A stretch of 64,000 bases of DNA from an uncultured Gammaproteobacteria bacterium (GCA_964503265.1 CAZCYO010000003.1:23740-87739), one strand, 5' to 3'. Numbered from the stretch's first letter, positions 8,281 through 16,822 are shown. The notes: generated by a model from the sequence alone, not told the origin. Numbers and translations: made by a program.

Positions 8281-9726
8281 TTATTTCCCCTGGCATTCTG
8301 TTCTCACAACAGGAATAGTATCTTTGTGTATGGCTTTGGCTAGCTTGCATGTTTTTATGATATTTATTCGTACATCGGTATTTGATGGATTTAATTTTTT
8401 GGCTTTTTGGAACTCTGTGAGTGCTTTTTCTGGCTCAAAATATACGAAGTGAATAAGACCTAATTGATTATGTTTTTCTGCACTTTCGGGAAGAAGATGA
8501 AGCTCTGTCCAGAGGGTAGGAATGTAGTTTTTCCAACTCATAAGTGCTTTAGGTGTTATAAAGGCGTAGTAGCCAAGTAAGCAAACTATACAAGATAGTC
8601 CGAGTACCTGGAAGTACCGGGCAATATATCTTCGGGGAGTACTCTTTACTAGGTGGGAAAACACTGTAGAGATCGTCAGGCTTGCTCCAAAAGATGCGAT
8701 AACTCCGTATCTTCCCCATAGCGGTTGGTTTTGGAATGCAATGCCCACAAGTGGCATGAGGCTTAGGAAAAACCAGATAATTCCAAATCCGATAAATGAT
8801 CGCCTGCGATATAGCCATACGCCAATCACAAAAAACAACAGAATAATTAGACTGTAGACAATCATATCTGGCTGAAATGGCGAAAGAGTAGGGTTTTGTG
8901 ATGTGGCAAGGGTTAGCTTTTTTTGAATAGCTTGAGCTGTGGGTTCTGAGGGGGGAAGGGGGAAAAAAGACGTCGTAATATATGATCCAGCGCCTTCAAT
9001 AATGATTGCGAACTTCTCTAAGATATGACTAAAAAAATCTCCACGATTACTCATATGCACAATTCCTTCGCGAACGATTAAATAGAAAAATGGGATAGAA
9101 ATAATAGAAGCGCCAACTCGTTTCGATATTTTTTCACTATGAAAATGAATATAGATGAAAAAAAGAAGAGGAAGACACAGTGTTATTTCGTACGTAAAGT
9201 ATGCAAGGGAAGAAAAAAAAAGTGTAAGAGAGAGAAATACTTGTGTCTTTTTTTCAAGTAATAGTTGAAAACAAAAAAATGATATAAATGCGAAAAGAAC
9301 ACCCAGTGTGTCAAAGCTAGCAGTGAGATTGGCGACATTATCGACATGCAGAGGCAGAAGTCCGTATATGAGTGCAGTCATGGCTGCTAAGAGATACGTA
9401 TCTGTAAGTTTTTTGGTGATGAAATAAACCAGAATAATACACAGAATATAGATGGATAAGGCTTGCATGTGATAAAGAAATAAATTGGTATGGAAGAGTT
9501 GGTAGCTTATAACGTATGCCAGTGCCCGCACCGGACGATACACGCCCTCATGAGTGTATGGCGCGTCACCCATGAGAAGTTGCGGAATATGGTGAACATC
9601 ATGAATCGCGTCCCACGTAAACAGAAAATCAATTTCATCATACAGAAAGGGAGTGTTAAAAAGAGGGAGGAATATAACGATCACAAAAGCACAAATCGCA
9701 ATAAGCGTGAGGATATCTTTCTTCAT
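8281..9726 (-). CDS. GT-C-type membrane glycosyltransferase-like protein (PMT/TMTC-like) with C-terminal TPR
   Basis: 481 aa, polytopic. N-terminal loop with a DE motif (FLYDEIDFLF) typical of family 39/83-like GT-C enzymes. C-terminal TPR-like LTEFQKAKKLNPSNTDVRINI. One of three paralogous GT-C/TPR proteins in the window. Confidence 0.55.
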   Translation of the reverse strand: MKKDILTLIAICAFVIVIFLPLFNTPFLYDEIDFLFTWDAIHDVHHIPQLLMGDAPYTHEGVYRPVRALAYVISYQLFHTNLFLYHMQALSIYILCIILVYFITKKLTDTYLLAAMTALIYGLLPLHVDNVANLTASFDTLGVLFAFISFFCFQLLLEKKTQVFLSLTLFFSSLAYFTYEITLCLPLLFFIYIHFHSEKISKRVGASIISIPFFYLIVREGIVHMSNRGDFFSHILEKFAIIIEGAGSYITTSFFPLPPSEPTAQAIQKKLTLATSQNPTLSPFQPDMIVYSLIILLFFVIGVWLYRRRSFIGFGIIWFFLSLMPLVGIAFQNQPLWGRYGVIASFGASLTISTVFSHLVKSTPRRYIARYFQVLGLSCIVCLLGYYAFITPKALMSWKNYIPTLWTELHLLPESAEKHNQLGLIHFVYFEPEKALTEFQKAKKLNPSNTDVRINIIKTCKLAKAIHKDTIPVVRTECQGK

Positions 9727-9785
9727 TCTACTATATTACTAGGAAAATGATTGTGGTGAGAAGGGAGACATACTTCGTCATAAAA

Positions 9786-9813
9786 AAGCCGCCGGGGTTA
9801 GCCGGCGGCGGGG
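9786..9813 (-). terminator. GC-rich rho-independent terminator for the minus-strand GC-rich cassette
   Basis: Plus strand AAAAAAGCCGCCGG-GGTTAG-CCGGCGGC. On the minus strand an 8-bp GC stem is followed by TTTTTT. Confidence 0.7.
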
Positions 9814-9845
9814 TAGACACATGTGAGGCTGTGTCTCGTGCCTTT

Positions 9846-10169
9846 TTACGGTTGTGAAGGTGGTGGTTGGACCCATGAGACTCGTACGATTTCGTCGAGT
9901 GGGAACTCGCTCGTGTACGAGACGAAGGGAGACAACCGACCTTCTAGAGACGAGATGACGAGTAATCCTGTTTCTGCTTCAATGACTTTTCCGACGTGGA
10001 TCACGTCGTCTTCGAGATTGAAGTAGAGAGCGATCGCTCCTGGAGCTGGTGTTTCCAGTTCTTCAAGTTCGCCACGTAAGAATAACCCCATGACGTGGTT
10101 ATAGTAGTATGTGGATCCGAGAGCGTAGGAAGCAGCGTCTTTATCTGCTGATGCAGATCCGTCAGTCAT
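9846..10169 (-). CDS. hypothetical protein (GC-rich cassette A, gene 3)
   Basis: 107-aa ORF. Local GC is clearly higher than the ~40% background. Confidence 0.4.
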   Translation of the reverse strand: MTDGSASADKDAASYALGSTYYYNHVMGLFLRGELEELETPAPGAIALYFNLEDDVIHVGKVIEAETGLLVISSLEGRLSPFVSYTSEFPLDEIVRVSWVQPPPSQP

Positions 10170-10294
10170 CTTGAACCTCCTGGTGTTATGAGCGCTTCGG
10201 GAACGGGATATCGCGAAGATCAGCGACCTCGCCCTTTAGGGCAGACTGCGTGATGCGGCGAACCACACTGTAGTGGTAGCCCTTCATCTGCTCT

Positions 10295-10549
10295 TCAACG
10301 ACTCCCACGCATTGTCAGGCGATACTGCCTGGAGGGCGCAGGGTTTGAAGACGTGGGGTAGTCATTGAATGGGAGTTCTTGTTGCCATGACTGCAGGTAG
10401 CCTTTCCGAACCAAACTCTCAAGCTCACTAGTCGCAAAGCGGCCGCGAATCTTCCAGTTAATGGTTCCTTCGGTGAAAGTGCCGCTATTGAAAGCAGCGT
10501 CTTGACATGCTCGGAGGACTTCTTGTTCGCCTGGTGTAAGATCATCCAT
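10295..10549 (-). CDS. hypothetical small protein with LuxR/sigma-70-region-4-like N-terminal helix-turn-helix (cassette A, gene 2)
   Basis: 84 aa. LTPGEQEVLRACQDAA resembles the LTxRExEVL HTH start of LuxR/FixJ and sigma region 4. GC-rich. Confidence 0.35.
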   Translation of the reverse strand: MDDLTPGEQEVLRACQDAAFNSGTFTEGTINWKIRGRFATSELESLVRKGYLQSWQQELPFNDYPTSSNPAPSRQYRLTMRGSR

Positions 10550-10565
10550 CGACGCCTCCTTCGTA

Positions 10566-10910
10566 CTATTGTTCGAGCAGCTTCACGGTGGAGTCTGCCC
10601 GAGCCATGATTTCTGCGTGGAAGGCTTTCGCCTCCTGCGCCGCATCGTGTTCGAGAAGAGCATCCAGCCAGAGGGGGACTGTAGCGTAGAGAATCTCACT
10701 CACTGAGAAGGGCATACGAAGTGTGGTTACATGATCGTCAATTGATTGCATCATGTGCAAGACGAAGCCGCCCACAATTCGTCCCTGTCCGGCGAGCTCT
10801 GCGAAGCGTGGGTAGAGATCATCTACCAGTTTCGTAGCAGAGATGACGCTGGTTAAGCGCCTGATCATCTCCTCCCGATCCGGAAGGATTACACGAATGT
10901 CACTTGGCAT
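10566..10910 (-). CDS. hypothetical protein (cassette A, gene 1)
   Basis: I chose the start at MPSDIRV because a GAAGGAGA Shine-Dalgarno lies 7 nt upstream. GC-rich. Confidence 0.4.
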   Translation of the reverse strand: MPSDIRVILPDREEMIRRLTSVISATKLVDDLYPRFAELAGQGRIVGGFVLHMMQSIDDHVTTLRMPFSVSEILYATVPLWLDALLEHDAAQEAKAFHAEIMARADSTVKLLEQ

Positions 10911-10957
10911 AGGGTATTTCTCCTTCTCTGATTCAGGCTTATGCGTATCCAAATGGA

Positions 10958-11046
10958 TAGCATCTTAGGTAAGAATGAATTCCTGCCCAAAATGCTATCC
11001 ACAAAGGATTTAATTATTTCCGCAAACTGTAAAAGTGCAAAAAAAA
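10958..11046 (-). promoter_or_regulatory. upstream control module of cassette A: 10-bp inverted repeat TGGATAGCAT...ATGCTATCCA plus conserved TTTGCGGAAAT and TTTTGCAC-TTTACA motifs
   Basis: Same architecture and near-identical motifs as the region upstream of cassette B (13533-13625). Confidence 0.5.
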
Positions 11047-11154
11047 GATCTATAGTACAACAAATACGCATATGTATTGAAGTACTCTAGTTATAGCGGG
11101 ATTATAGCATTATGAAAGACGCACGGTCAAACTATAGGGCTAAAGATTGCATGT

Positions 11155-11391
11155 TTATATGAAATGTTTATTTCTGAAGGCGAAGCCTGAGTTAGTTTTT
11201 AAGTAATCTTCAAATAAAACTGCTTTTTCTTTGGACTGAAAAGCAGCATAGAAAATTAAAATGAAAGGTCGTAAATTTTTTGTTGAAGCTACAGAACCTT
11301 CTGTATGAGCTTTTATGCGGTTCTTGAGATTAGAAGAATATCCATGATAAAACGTTTTATCTTTAAGTTGGAGTATGTATACATAATACAT
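11155..11391 (-). CDS. GIY-YIG nuclease family small protein
   Basis: 78 aa. MYYVYILQLKDKTFYHGYSSNLKNRIKAH is a canonical GIY-YIG module (YVYIL..YhG.T.NL..R...H). Confidence 0.8.
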   Translation of the reverse strand: MYYVYILQLKDKTFYHGYSSNLKNRIKAHTEGSVASTKNLRPFILIFYAAFQSKEKAVLFEDYLKTNSGFAFRNKHFI

Positions 11392-11399
11392 ATTCTCAG

Positions 11400-11442
11400 T
11401 GTATCAAAATGAAAAATGCCCCACTTCGTCCGCCAGTTGGCG
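11400..11442 (-). terminator. rho-independent terminator downstream of ssrA (nested hairpin plus U-run)
   Basis: Minus strand: GCCCC-UAACGUA-GUCCGCC-AACU-GGCGGAC-GAAGU-GGGGC-AUUUUUCAUUUU. Confidence 0.6.
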
Positions 11443-11540
11443 GACTACGTTAGGGGCACCCTTCGCTACTATTTTCAAGCCATTTTTTTAGGAGTGTGGC
11501 CTGCCACTCCGTAGCTCATCCCGTTAGGGTATGAGCGAAG

Positions 11541-11970
11541 GGTGGAGATGTCCGGGAGCGATCCGGAGTCCGAAATATATTTTTAAAAACATCTACAAGC
11601 GTAGTCACAATTTATAGTGTCGTCTGAAACGTGTTCGAGTGACGGAATTTTTCAGACCTAGATCTCTTAATACCACGAAAGTCGAAATCAGTCTCTCTCG
11701 CTGTTTTCCTAACTGTTTTTAGGTCGTTACTTCCACGTTAGGGAGGAAGTAGGACTGTTCAAAGAGCTCGGGTCTTAAGCAGCAAGTGCGAAAGATTGAG
11801 GTGCGAATGCACCGTCAAAAGCGGATTGAACTCCGTCAGCTGCCTTGAGGGCGAATTGACGGACGCTGCGCATTGAGTCAGCATTTATTTTTTGATAATG
11901 TTTTACGACAACTTATCAATGTCGGCTTGCAGTTTTTAAAGAACGTAAATCGTCGAATCAAATCATCCCC
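11541..11970 (-). ncRNA. ssrA: tmRNA (SsrA), ~430 nt
   Basis: The 5' end, GGGGATGATTTGATTCGACGATTTACG, is near-identical to the canonical tmRNA 5' end GGGGCUGAUUCUGGAUUCGACGGGAUUUGCG. The 3' end reads GGAC-TCCGG-ATCGCTC-CCGGA-CATCTCC-A-CC, and the acceptor GGGGATG/CATCTCC includes the G3:U70 alanine identity pair. An internal reading frame ends ...GCA CTT GCT GCT TAA (…FALAA*), the typical tag terminus. The gene lies immediately downstream of smpB. Confidence 0.8.
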
Positions 11971-12146
11971 AAGCAAAAATCAACTATGATTGTTATTTGC
12001 GAACATTGATTTTTCAAATTCGAATATCGAAATCCTAAACTCGAAACTCCACTTCGTTCAAGAACTTCGCGGAGCAGGCTTTTTTGCTTGCCACTCCGTA
12101 GCTTTAGCGAAGGGTGGTTTCGTATTTCGTGCTTTGGTATTCGGAT

Positions 12147-12590
12147 TTAATATTTTCCCTCAGTATATGCATCTTCTATCTCGCGTGCGATATCTCTATT
12201 TTTTATGGCTTCTTTCTTTTCAAAGGCTTTTTTCGATTTCGCGATACCGAGTTCTGCTTTAATGAGGAGACGTGTAGTATACACCGATATAGGCACGATT
12301 GTCAAGTTTGACCCGTCCATTTTAGCCTTGAGAGAGAGAATTTGTTTCTTATGAAGTAGCAGTTTTCGAGTCCGTTTCGGGTCGTAATTTTCCTGTCTGG
12401 AATTAACATACGGAAAGATACTCGCATTCATTAAATACGCTTCATTTCCACGAATTCTCGCAAAGCTTCCCGTCAAATCTGCATGACCATTACGGATAGA
12501 TTTTACCTCAGCCCCTGTGAGCATAATCCCAGCCTCAAAGGTTTCAAGGATTTGATAGTCGTAGGTTGCCTTTTTATTCACAATTTTCAT
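12147..12590 (-). CDS. smpB: SsrA-binding protein SmpB
   Basis: KKATYDYQILETFEAGIMLTGAEVKSIRNG...LLLHKKQI matches the SmpB signature. Confidence 0.9.
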   Translation of the reverse strand: MKIVNKKATYDYQILETFEAGIMLTGAEVKSIRNGHADLTGSFARIRGNEAYLMNASIFPYVNSRQENYDPKRTRKLLLHKKQILSLKAKMDGSNLTIVPISVYTTRLLIKAELGIAKSKKAFEKKEAIKNRDIAREIEDAYTEGKY

Positions 12591-12684
12591 GAGAGTATGA
12601 TACCTGAAAAAAGGCTAAGAGCAAAGAGGACAGCTAATGGCATAAGGCTCGCTTCTCTTTATGGCTTATGGGTATACATGAGAA

Positions 12685-12720
12685 GACCCCGCTCCGGCGA
12701 ATGCCGAGGCGGGGTCTAGG
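12685..12720 (-). terminator. GC-rich hairpin at the 3' end of cassette B (weak terminator)
   Basis: GACCCCGCTCCGG-CGAATG-CCGAGGCGGGGTC. There is no clean U-run, so the call is weak. Confidence 0.4.
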
Positions 12721-12751
12721 GTGCGCGTTACTTGCGGAAAGTATTTAGCGA

Positions 12752-12910
12752 CTTAGGAAGAAACAAACGAGCCCTGCGAGCTCGAATGGGATGGATAACA
12801 CTACGAATGTTGATCCTCCAACGAGGAGGAAAAGAAACGAGAAGAGAATGCCTGCACAGACGCACATTGCGCCGGCAGCGGTCATGCTAGATTTCCAGGC
12901 CTTCATCGAT
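12752..12910 (-). CDS. possible small membrane protein (53 aa), cassette B
   Basis: GC-rich short ORF MKAWKSSMTAAGAMCVCAGILFSFLF... This is my own translation of the minus strand. It is below the 60-aa cutoff of the ORF track. Confidence 0.25.
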
Positions 12911-12981
12911 GATCTCCTTGCCGCTTGAAAGCGGTGTTATCTATGATCTGTCGAGGATCGTCAGATGTACTCCTTCTCCCG

Positions 12982-13494
12982 CTATGCGGGCCAGTTAATG
13001 AAGTCATCGGTCCAGAGAGGGATTTTGTGTGTGAAGACCCTCCAGAAGTCCTCTTTGGTAGAATTCTCCATTTCCCTTTCCCTAGGCGTTCGAAGATCGA
13101 TCCGCCTGATCAACATAGCGTTGCTACCCCAATTGATGAACTCGCCCTGCTTTGCGATATCGTCCAGCGCGTTTAGCGCATTATGACGGGTGATCTCAAA
13201 GAAGGTTCGGCCCTCGGTTGTGCCTGAGGATGTAGCCCAAGCAATCATGGTAGCAGGGTTGTGTAGTCGCAACATACCGTAGATCGAGATGTTGTTTACA
13301 GCTTCGCACTCCTGTGCAGTGATATATGATGTTGCCACGAGCAGAGATTTCCGCTCACGGTGGGCCGCGATCACGCTGCTGGGAAACGAAATGTATCGTG
13401 CTTCTTGGCGCATGTAGCGCTGATAGGTGAGGATATCGAATCCTCGATTCACCAGGTCTGCGATGAACTCATTCCAAGGAGTTGTCGACATCTT
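12982..13494 (-). CDS. hypothetical protein (cassette B main gene)
   Basis: I chose the start at MSTTPWNEF because a GGAAGGAG Shine-Dalgarno lies upstream. GC-rich. No recognisable motif. Confidence 0.4.
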   Translation of the reverse strand, partial: KMSTTPWNEFIADLVNRGFDILTYQRYMRQEARYISFPSSVIAAHRERKSLLVATSYITAQECEAVNNISIYGMLRLHNPATMIAWATSSGTTEGRTFFEITRHNALNALDDIAKQGEFINWGSNAMLIRRIDLRTPREREMENSTKEDFWRVFTHKIPLWTDDFINWPA

Positions 13495-13532
13495 TGTGCT
13501 CCTTCCGTGATATAGGGGTTTAATAGACGACT

Positions 13533-13625
13533 TTCTAGCTTGAGTGATTATCAAGCCACAAAGTCGTCTATTAAACAATTAATTTCCGCAAATCCCGATT
13601 ACATCGGGAAAAATTGTAAACGTGC
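13533..13625 (-). promoter_or_regulatory. upstream control module of cassette B: 16-bp perfect inverted repeat TTTAATAGACGACTTT...AAAGTCGTCTATTAAA plus TTTGCGGAAAT and TTTTGCAC-G-TTTACA motifs
   Basis: Perfect 16-bp inverted-repeat arms separated by ~27 nt (which contains a smaller inverted repeat). The flanking motifs are shared with cassette A. Confidence 0.5.
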
Positions 13626-13739
13626 AAAATACAAATGTGGCTTGGGGTAGGCAGTAAATGAGCCTATCCAGGCTGCAAATGTAGAAGGGAATTGTAGCAA
13701 AAAAGAAGAGAAAAGTCAAATGCTATAGGACTATTTAAA

Positions 13740-13935
13740 TGATGGTTTTTTTACCAGATGATCTGGTGCATCTGGTGGCTTCTGGGTGTTTTGAGGCTAA
13801 ACTGGGCTTTTTCACCAGTTCATCTGGGCATCTGGATTGATCTGGTGATTTAGCCTCGGGATCTGGTGGAGTTGTGGTCATAAAAAGGGTACCAGATGGG
13901 GTTTCTGGGTGTGATTTGGTGACTGGCTATGCATG
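13740..13935. repeat. cluster of short CATCTGGTG / CACCAGATG iteron-like repeats in a ~450-bp non-coding stretch
   Basis: accagatgatctggtgcatctggtgg...caccagttcatctgggcatctggattgatctggtgatt...gggatctggtggag...accagatggggtttctgggtgtgatttggtgactgg. At least 8 copies in both orientations, including the palindrome CACCAGAT-GATCTGGTG. Confidence 0.6.
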
Positions 13936-14052
13936 TATGCGAGGATTCTTGGGAGGCTTGTCTGCTGAATCTTTGCGAAGAGGTGGAGTGGTAAAGGAGT
14001 AATCGTATAGATTCCCGATCAGGTCGGGAATGACAGTAAGTAAAGCATGAAA

Positions 14053-15966
14053 CTAGAGGGCGATTTGATAGATTTTTTTATTGATGAGGAGGTAGATTTT
14101 TTTGTCTTTCTCAGAGACGATGAAGTCTGAGGCGGATTTGATTTGGTCGGCGGTGTAGGAGGAAATATATGCGCCGGTTTTATCGAGTTTTACAACTCTG
14201 CTATTTCCATTATCGAGGACATACAGATTTTCTGTGTCAGTTGAGGTAAAGAGTTTTTTGGGATTTGAGAGGTTCGATGGGAGACCTGAGAGCGTAAATG
14301 TTTCAGATTCGCCTTTTGAGAATTTGCGAATGGTTCCGTCACTGTCGAGTAAGTACACTGAACTGTCGATACTCATGGAGATTGTGCTTTTAAGGGACGG
14401 GACAGTGTCTTTAAAATAGGTGCTTTTGCCGTAGCCGTCACTGCCAGCGACGAATTTAAGGATATTTACTCCTTTATCTAAGACATAGATGTTACTCAGA
14501 TATACAGATATCGCTTGCGGAGAAGTCCAATCAGAATCATTCGTGACGAGTATTTTCGCTTTATCATTTCCTTTATCGATTTGGCTAATTGTTTTATTCG
14601 TTATCGTATAGACATACGATGTATCTTCACTAACAGCAAGGGCATTTTCAGATAGTTCTTTTTGGAGAGCTGGTGCACTATCACTGCCTGCTTCTGTAAT
14701 CTCAACTTTCTTGGTTGCTTCAGTAGGTGCGATTCCTTGTGAATCAATTTTTTCAGCTAATTCAGAATATTTCTTTTCATCATCAGTGCCAGATTTTACA
14801 TATTGTTTGGCTTTATCAAGTGTTTCTTTGGCTTTCTTAAAGTCATCCATGGCGAGTGATTTATTGAGACTTACTAGGCCTTCTCCCTCAGCATATATTT
14901 TAGATGCTTCATCATACAGTTCCACAAAAGCAGAATGCGCTTTTGTGTCGCCTTGGTTTTGTTTGGTAGTGACGATCGTGAAGATGAGAATTGCTGCAAT
15001 GCCAATCGCAATAGTTAAGAAAAAGAGATTTTTTTTGGGGAAGGAGAAAGAAAAAGAGGGAAGAGCGAAGCGACTTTTTTTAATGACTGCCTCCGCATCA
15101 TCATCACGCTCAATAATGACGGGTTCTTGGATTCGATCTGCAAGTGTTTCTCCTTCTTCTTCCTCGACTGGAAGTGGTGTGCTCTTAAGGGGTTCTGATA
15201 CTGGAAGTACTTCTTTCTCTTCCTCTAGTGCGTCATCAGAGGCCACCTCAGGAGAGTCCTGGTTAAGTGATGGGTGAATCTCGTGCGTTTGTTTTTCTGG
15301 AAGTTGTTTTTTTTCTTTTGGTAGTTCTTCTGTCTCATCCTCAGGCTCTGCAGGTTTTGGTGCCACACTTTCTGAGCTGGCGAAGGTGATAATCGTAGCA
15401 GCGGGTGTACCGTCTTCACTTTTGTGAAGCGTAGGAGTAAGAAGTTCTGCCATATCACTTGGAAGTTGGAGCGTGAAGCTTTCAGTTAAGAGAGTTTTTG
15501 GCACAGATGTGATAAACGATGCTGTGGCAAGAAGAATAATATCACCACTTTGAAGATATCCTGAAACAGTTGCCAGCTCTGGCGAGTCTTTTCCTTCTTT
15601 GAACAGTGTTGCGGTTGTTCCACCACGAGTTAGAAGTGCTTGACCACCACCAAAGGCATAGAGATAAATAATGGAATCTTTGAGAAAAGCTATACATCCG
15701 GATAATGTGACAGTTTCTGGAACTGATTCGAGACTTTTTTTAATGGCTTGTTCAATCGTACTGAGTGTTTTTTCCTCAAGGGTAAAGAATTCTGACTGAA
15801 GGACGTTGGTTATTTGTTTTCCTTGTGCGCTTAAGGTTTCTTCAGATTCCTCAGTTCTTTTTAACGAAAATGCAGCAAAGAGATTCCCAGCATTATATGA
15901 AAGCGACCATGTAGTCGGTGTTGGAGTTGCGGCAAGCTTGGCAAACGTGATGTGTGTCGTGGGCAT
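14053..15966 (-). CDS. single-pass membrane protein with cytoplasmic N-terminal domain, acidic linker, TM helix and extracellular beta-propeller-like repeats; unknown function
   Basis: 637 aa. TM segment LFFLTIAIGIAAILIFTIVTT. C-terminal repeated YVLD/YLLDSDG/YVLDNGNSRVVKLD motifs suggest propeller blades. Confidence 0.4.
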   Translation of the reverse strand: MPTTHITFAKLAATPTPTTWSLSYNAGNLFAAFSLKRTEESEETLSAQGKQITNVLQSEFFTLEEKTLSTIEQAIKKSLESVPETVTLSGCIAFLKDSIIYLYAFGGGQALLTRGGTTATLFKEGKDSPELATVSGYLQSGDIILLATASFITSVPKTLLTESFTLQLPSDMAELLTPTLHKSEDGTPAATIITFASSESVAPKPAEPEDETEELPKEKKQLPEKQTHEIHPSLNQDSPEVASDDALEEEKEVLPVSEPLKSTPLPVEEEEGETLADRIQEPVIIERDDDAEAVIKKSRFALPSFSFSFPKKNLFFLTIAIGIAAILIFTIVTTKQNQGDTKAHSAFVELYDEASKIYAEGEGLVSLNKSLAMDDFKKAKETLDKAKQYVKSGTDDEKKYSELAEKIDSQGIAPTEATKKVEITEAGSDSAPALQKELSENALAVSEDTSYVYTITNKTISQIDKGNDKAKILVTNDSDWTSPQAISVYLSNIYVLDKGVNILKFVAGSDGYGKSTYFKDTVPSLKSTISMSIDSSVYLLDSDGTIRKFSKGESETFTLSGLPSNLSNPKKLFTSTDTENLYVLDNGNSRVVKLDKTGAYISSYTADQIKSASDFIVSEKDKKIYLLINKKIYQIAL

Positions 15967-15969
15967 TAA

Positions 15970-16206
15970 CTATAGTATAGCAAGAGCAAGGAGAAAAAGT
16001 GAAATACTTATTAGTAAATGAAAGATAGTCAAAAATTGAATCAAAGAAGAACCAAATGAATCTCCTACATAAATAATTCGGTTAAATGCTCGAGCTTGTA
16101 CAGAGATGATAATACTAAAAATAACGTATAAACCAAGCAGAATAAGCAGGCAAAATTTTAAAATGATAAGTGGAGAAATTGATAATAGTGTTGTTAAATC
16201 AAGCAT
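15970..16206 (-). CDS. small hydrophobic membrane protein
   Basis: 78 aa, two predicted TM helices. Overlaps the upstream gene's end by 8 nt, suggesting coupling. Confidence 0.35.
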   Translation of the reverse strand: MLDLTTLLSISPLIILKFCLLILLGLYVIFSIIISVQARAFNRIIYVGDSFGSSLIQFLTIFHLLISISLFLLALAIL

Positions 16207-16822
16207 TTGTTCTCCTTCCGGCTTTCGCGTCGAGAATAATATCAGTTAATAGTGCTGGTTGAGGAACTAAGAAAAATTCGAACACTTCTTTCTGACCTTC
16301 TGTCTGTGCCCGAATATTTCCGAAGTTATATAAACTTTGGAAAAACCCGTTTTGAGAGTATTTGACATCAACGATATCACGAAGATACGCAGACGCGACG
16401 TTTTGGCTAAGTACGTTTGGAGCTTCTACTTCAATAATGCGAAGATTGGTTACAATACCGATATTATAAAACCACGAGAAGAAATTTAAGAACGCATAGC
16501 CGAATACAATCTGATAATAAAAAAGGAGAAGCACAAGCACATAGAAGCTTGGAAAAGGGAAAAGAATCGTAAACTGTTGTGAGAGTGCTGTTATAAATGG
16601 CGGAATAAGCAGAAGGAGTGCGGAGATAATGACCCAGGTCAAATTAGTTGAAAAATGACGGCGAAATAAAACAAGAATTACCTCATCTGTTTCTTGATTT
16701 TCAATATGAACATTAAGAGGATTATGGATAAATGCTGAAAACAATCCCATTCCCGAATGAGAATGTGGCTTCATTGGAGGAGATGAAACAGACGAGGTCG
16801 GTGGTATAAATTCTTCAGGCAT
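16199..16822 (-). CDS. membrane protein with bacterial PH (bPH_2/YdbS-like) domain
   Basis: Two TM helices followed by ...IGIVTNLRIIEVE...YLRDIVDVKYSQNGFFQSLYNFGNIRAQTEG, typical of YdbS/YdbT-type bPH domains. Confidence 0.5.
   Translation of the reverse strand: MPEEFIPPTSSVSSPPMKPHSHSGMGLFSAFIHNPLNVHIENQETDEVILVLFRRHFSTNLTWVIISALLLLIPPFITALSQQFTILFPFPSFYVLVLLLFYYQIVFGYAFLNFFSWFYNIGIVTNLRIIEVEAPNVLSQNVASAYLRDIVDVKYSQNGFFQSLYNFGNIRAQTEGQKEVFEFFLVPQPALLTDIILDAKAGRRTNA

Noticed and set aside
11871-11873. In-frame ATG inside the tmRNA as a small protein-coding gene
   Set aside because: The context is a tmRNA, whose 5' and 3' tRNA-like ends are present. tmRNA tags begin at a resume codon without an initiator, so the ATG is coincidental.
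14711-15277. 188-aa Ser-rich plus-strand ORF inside the 14053-15966 gene
   Set aside because: Antisense shadow ORF within the acidic linker region of the real minus-strand gene. Low-complexity and no start context.
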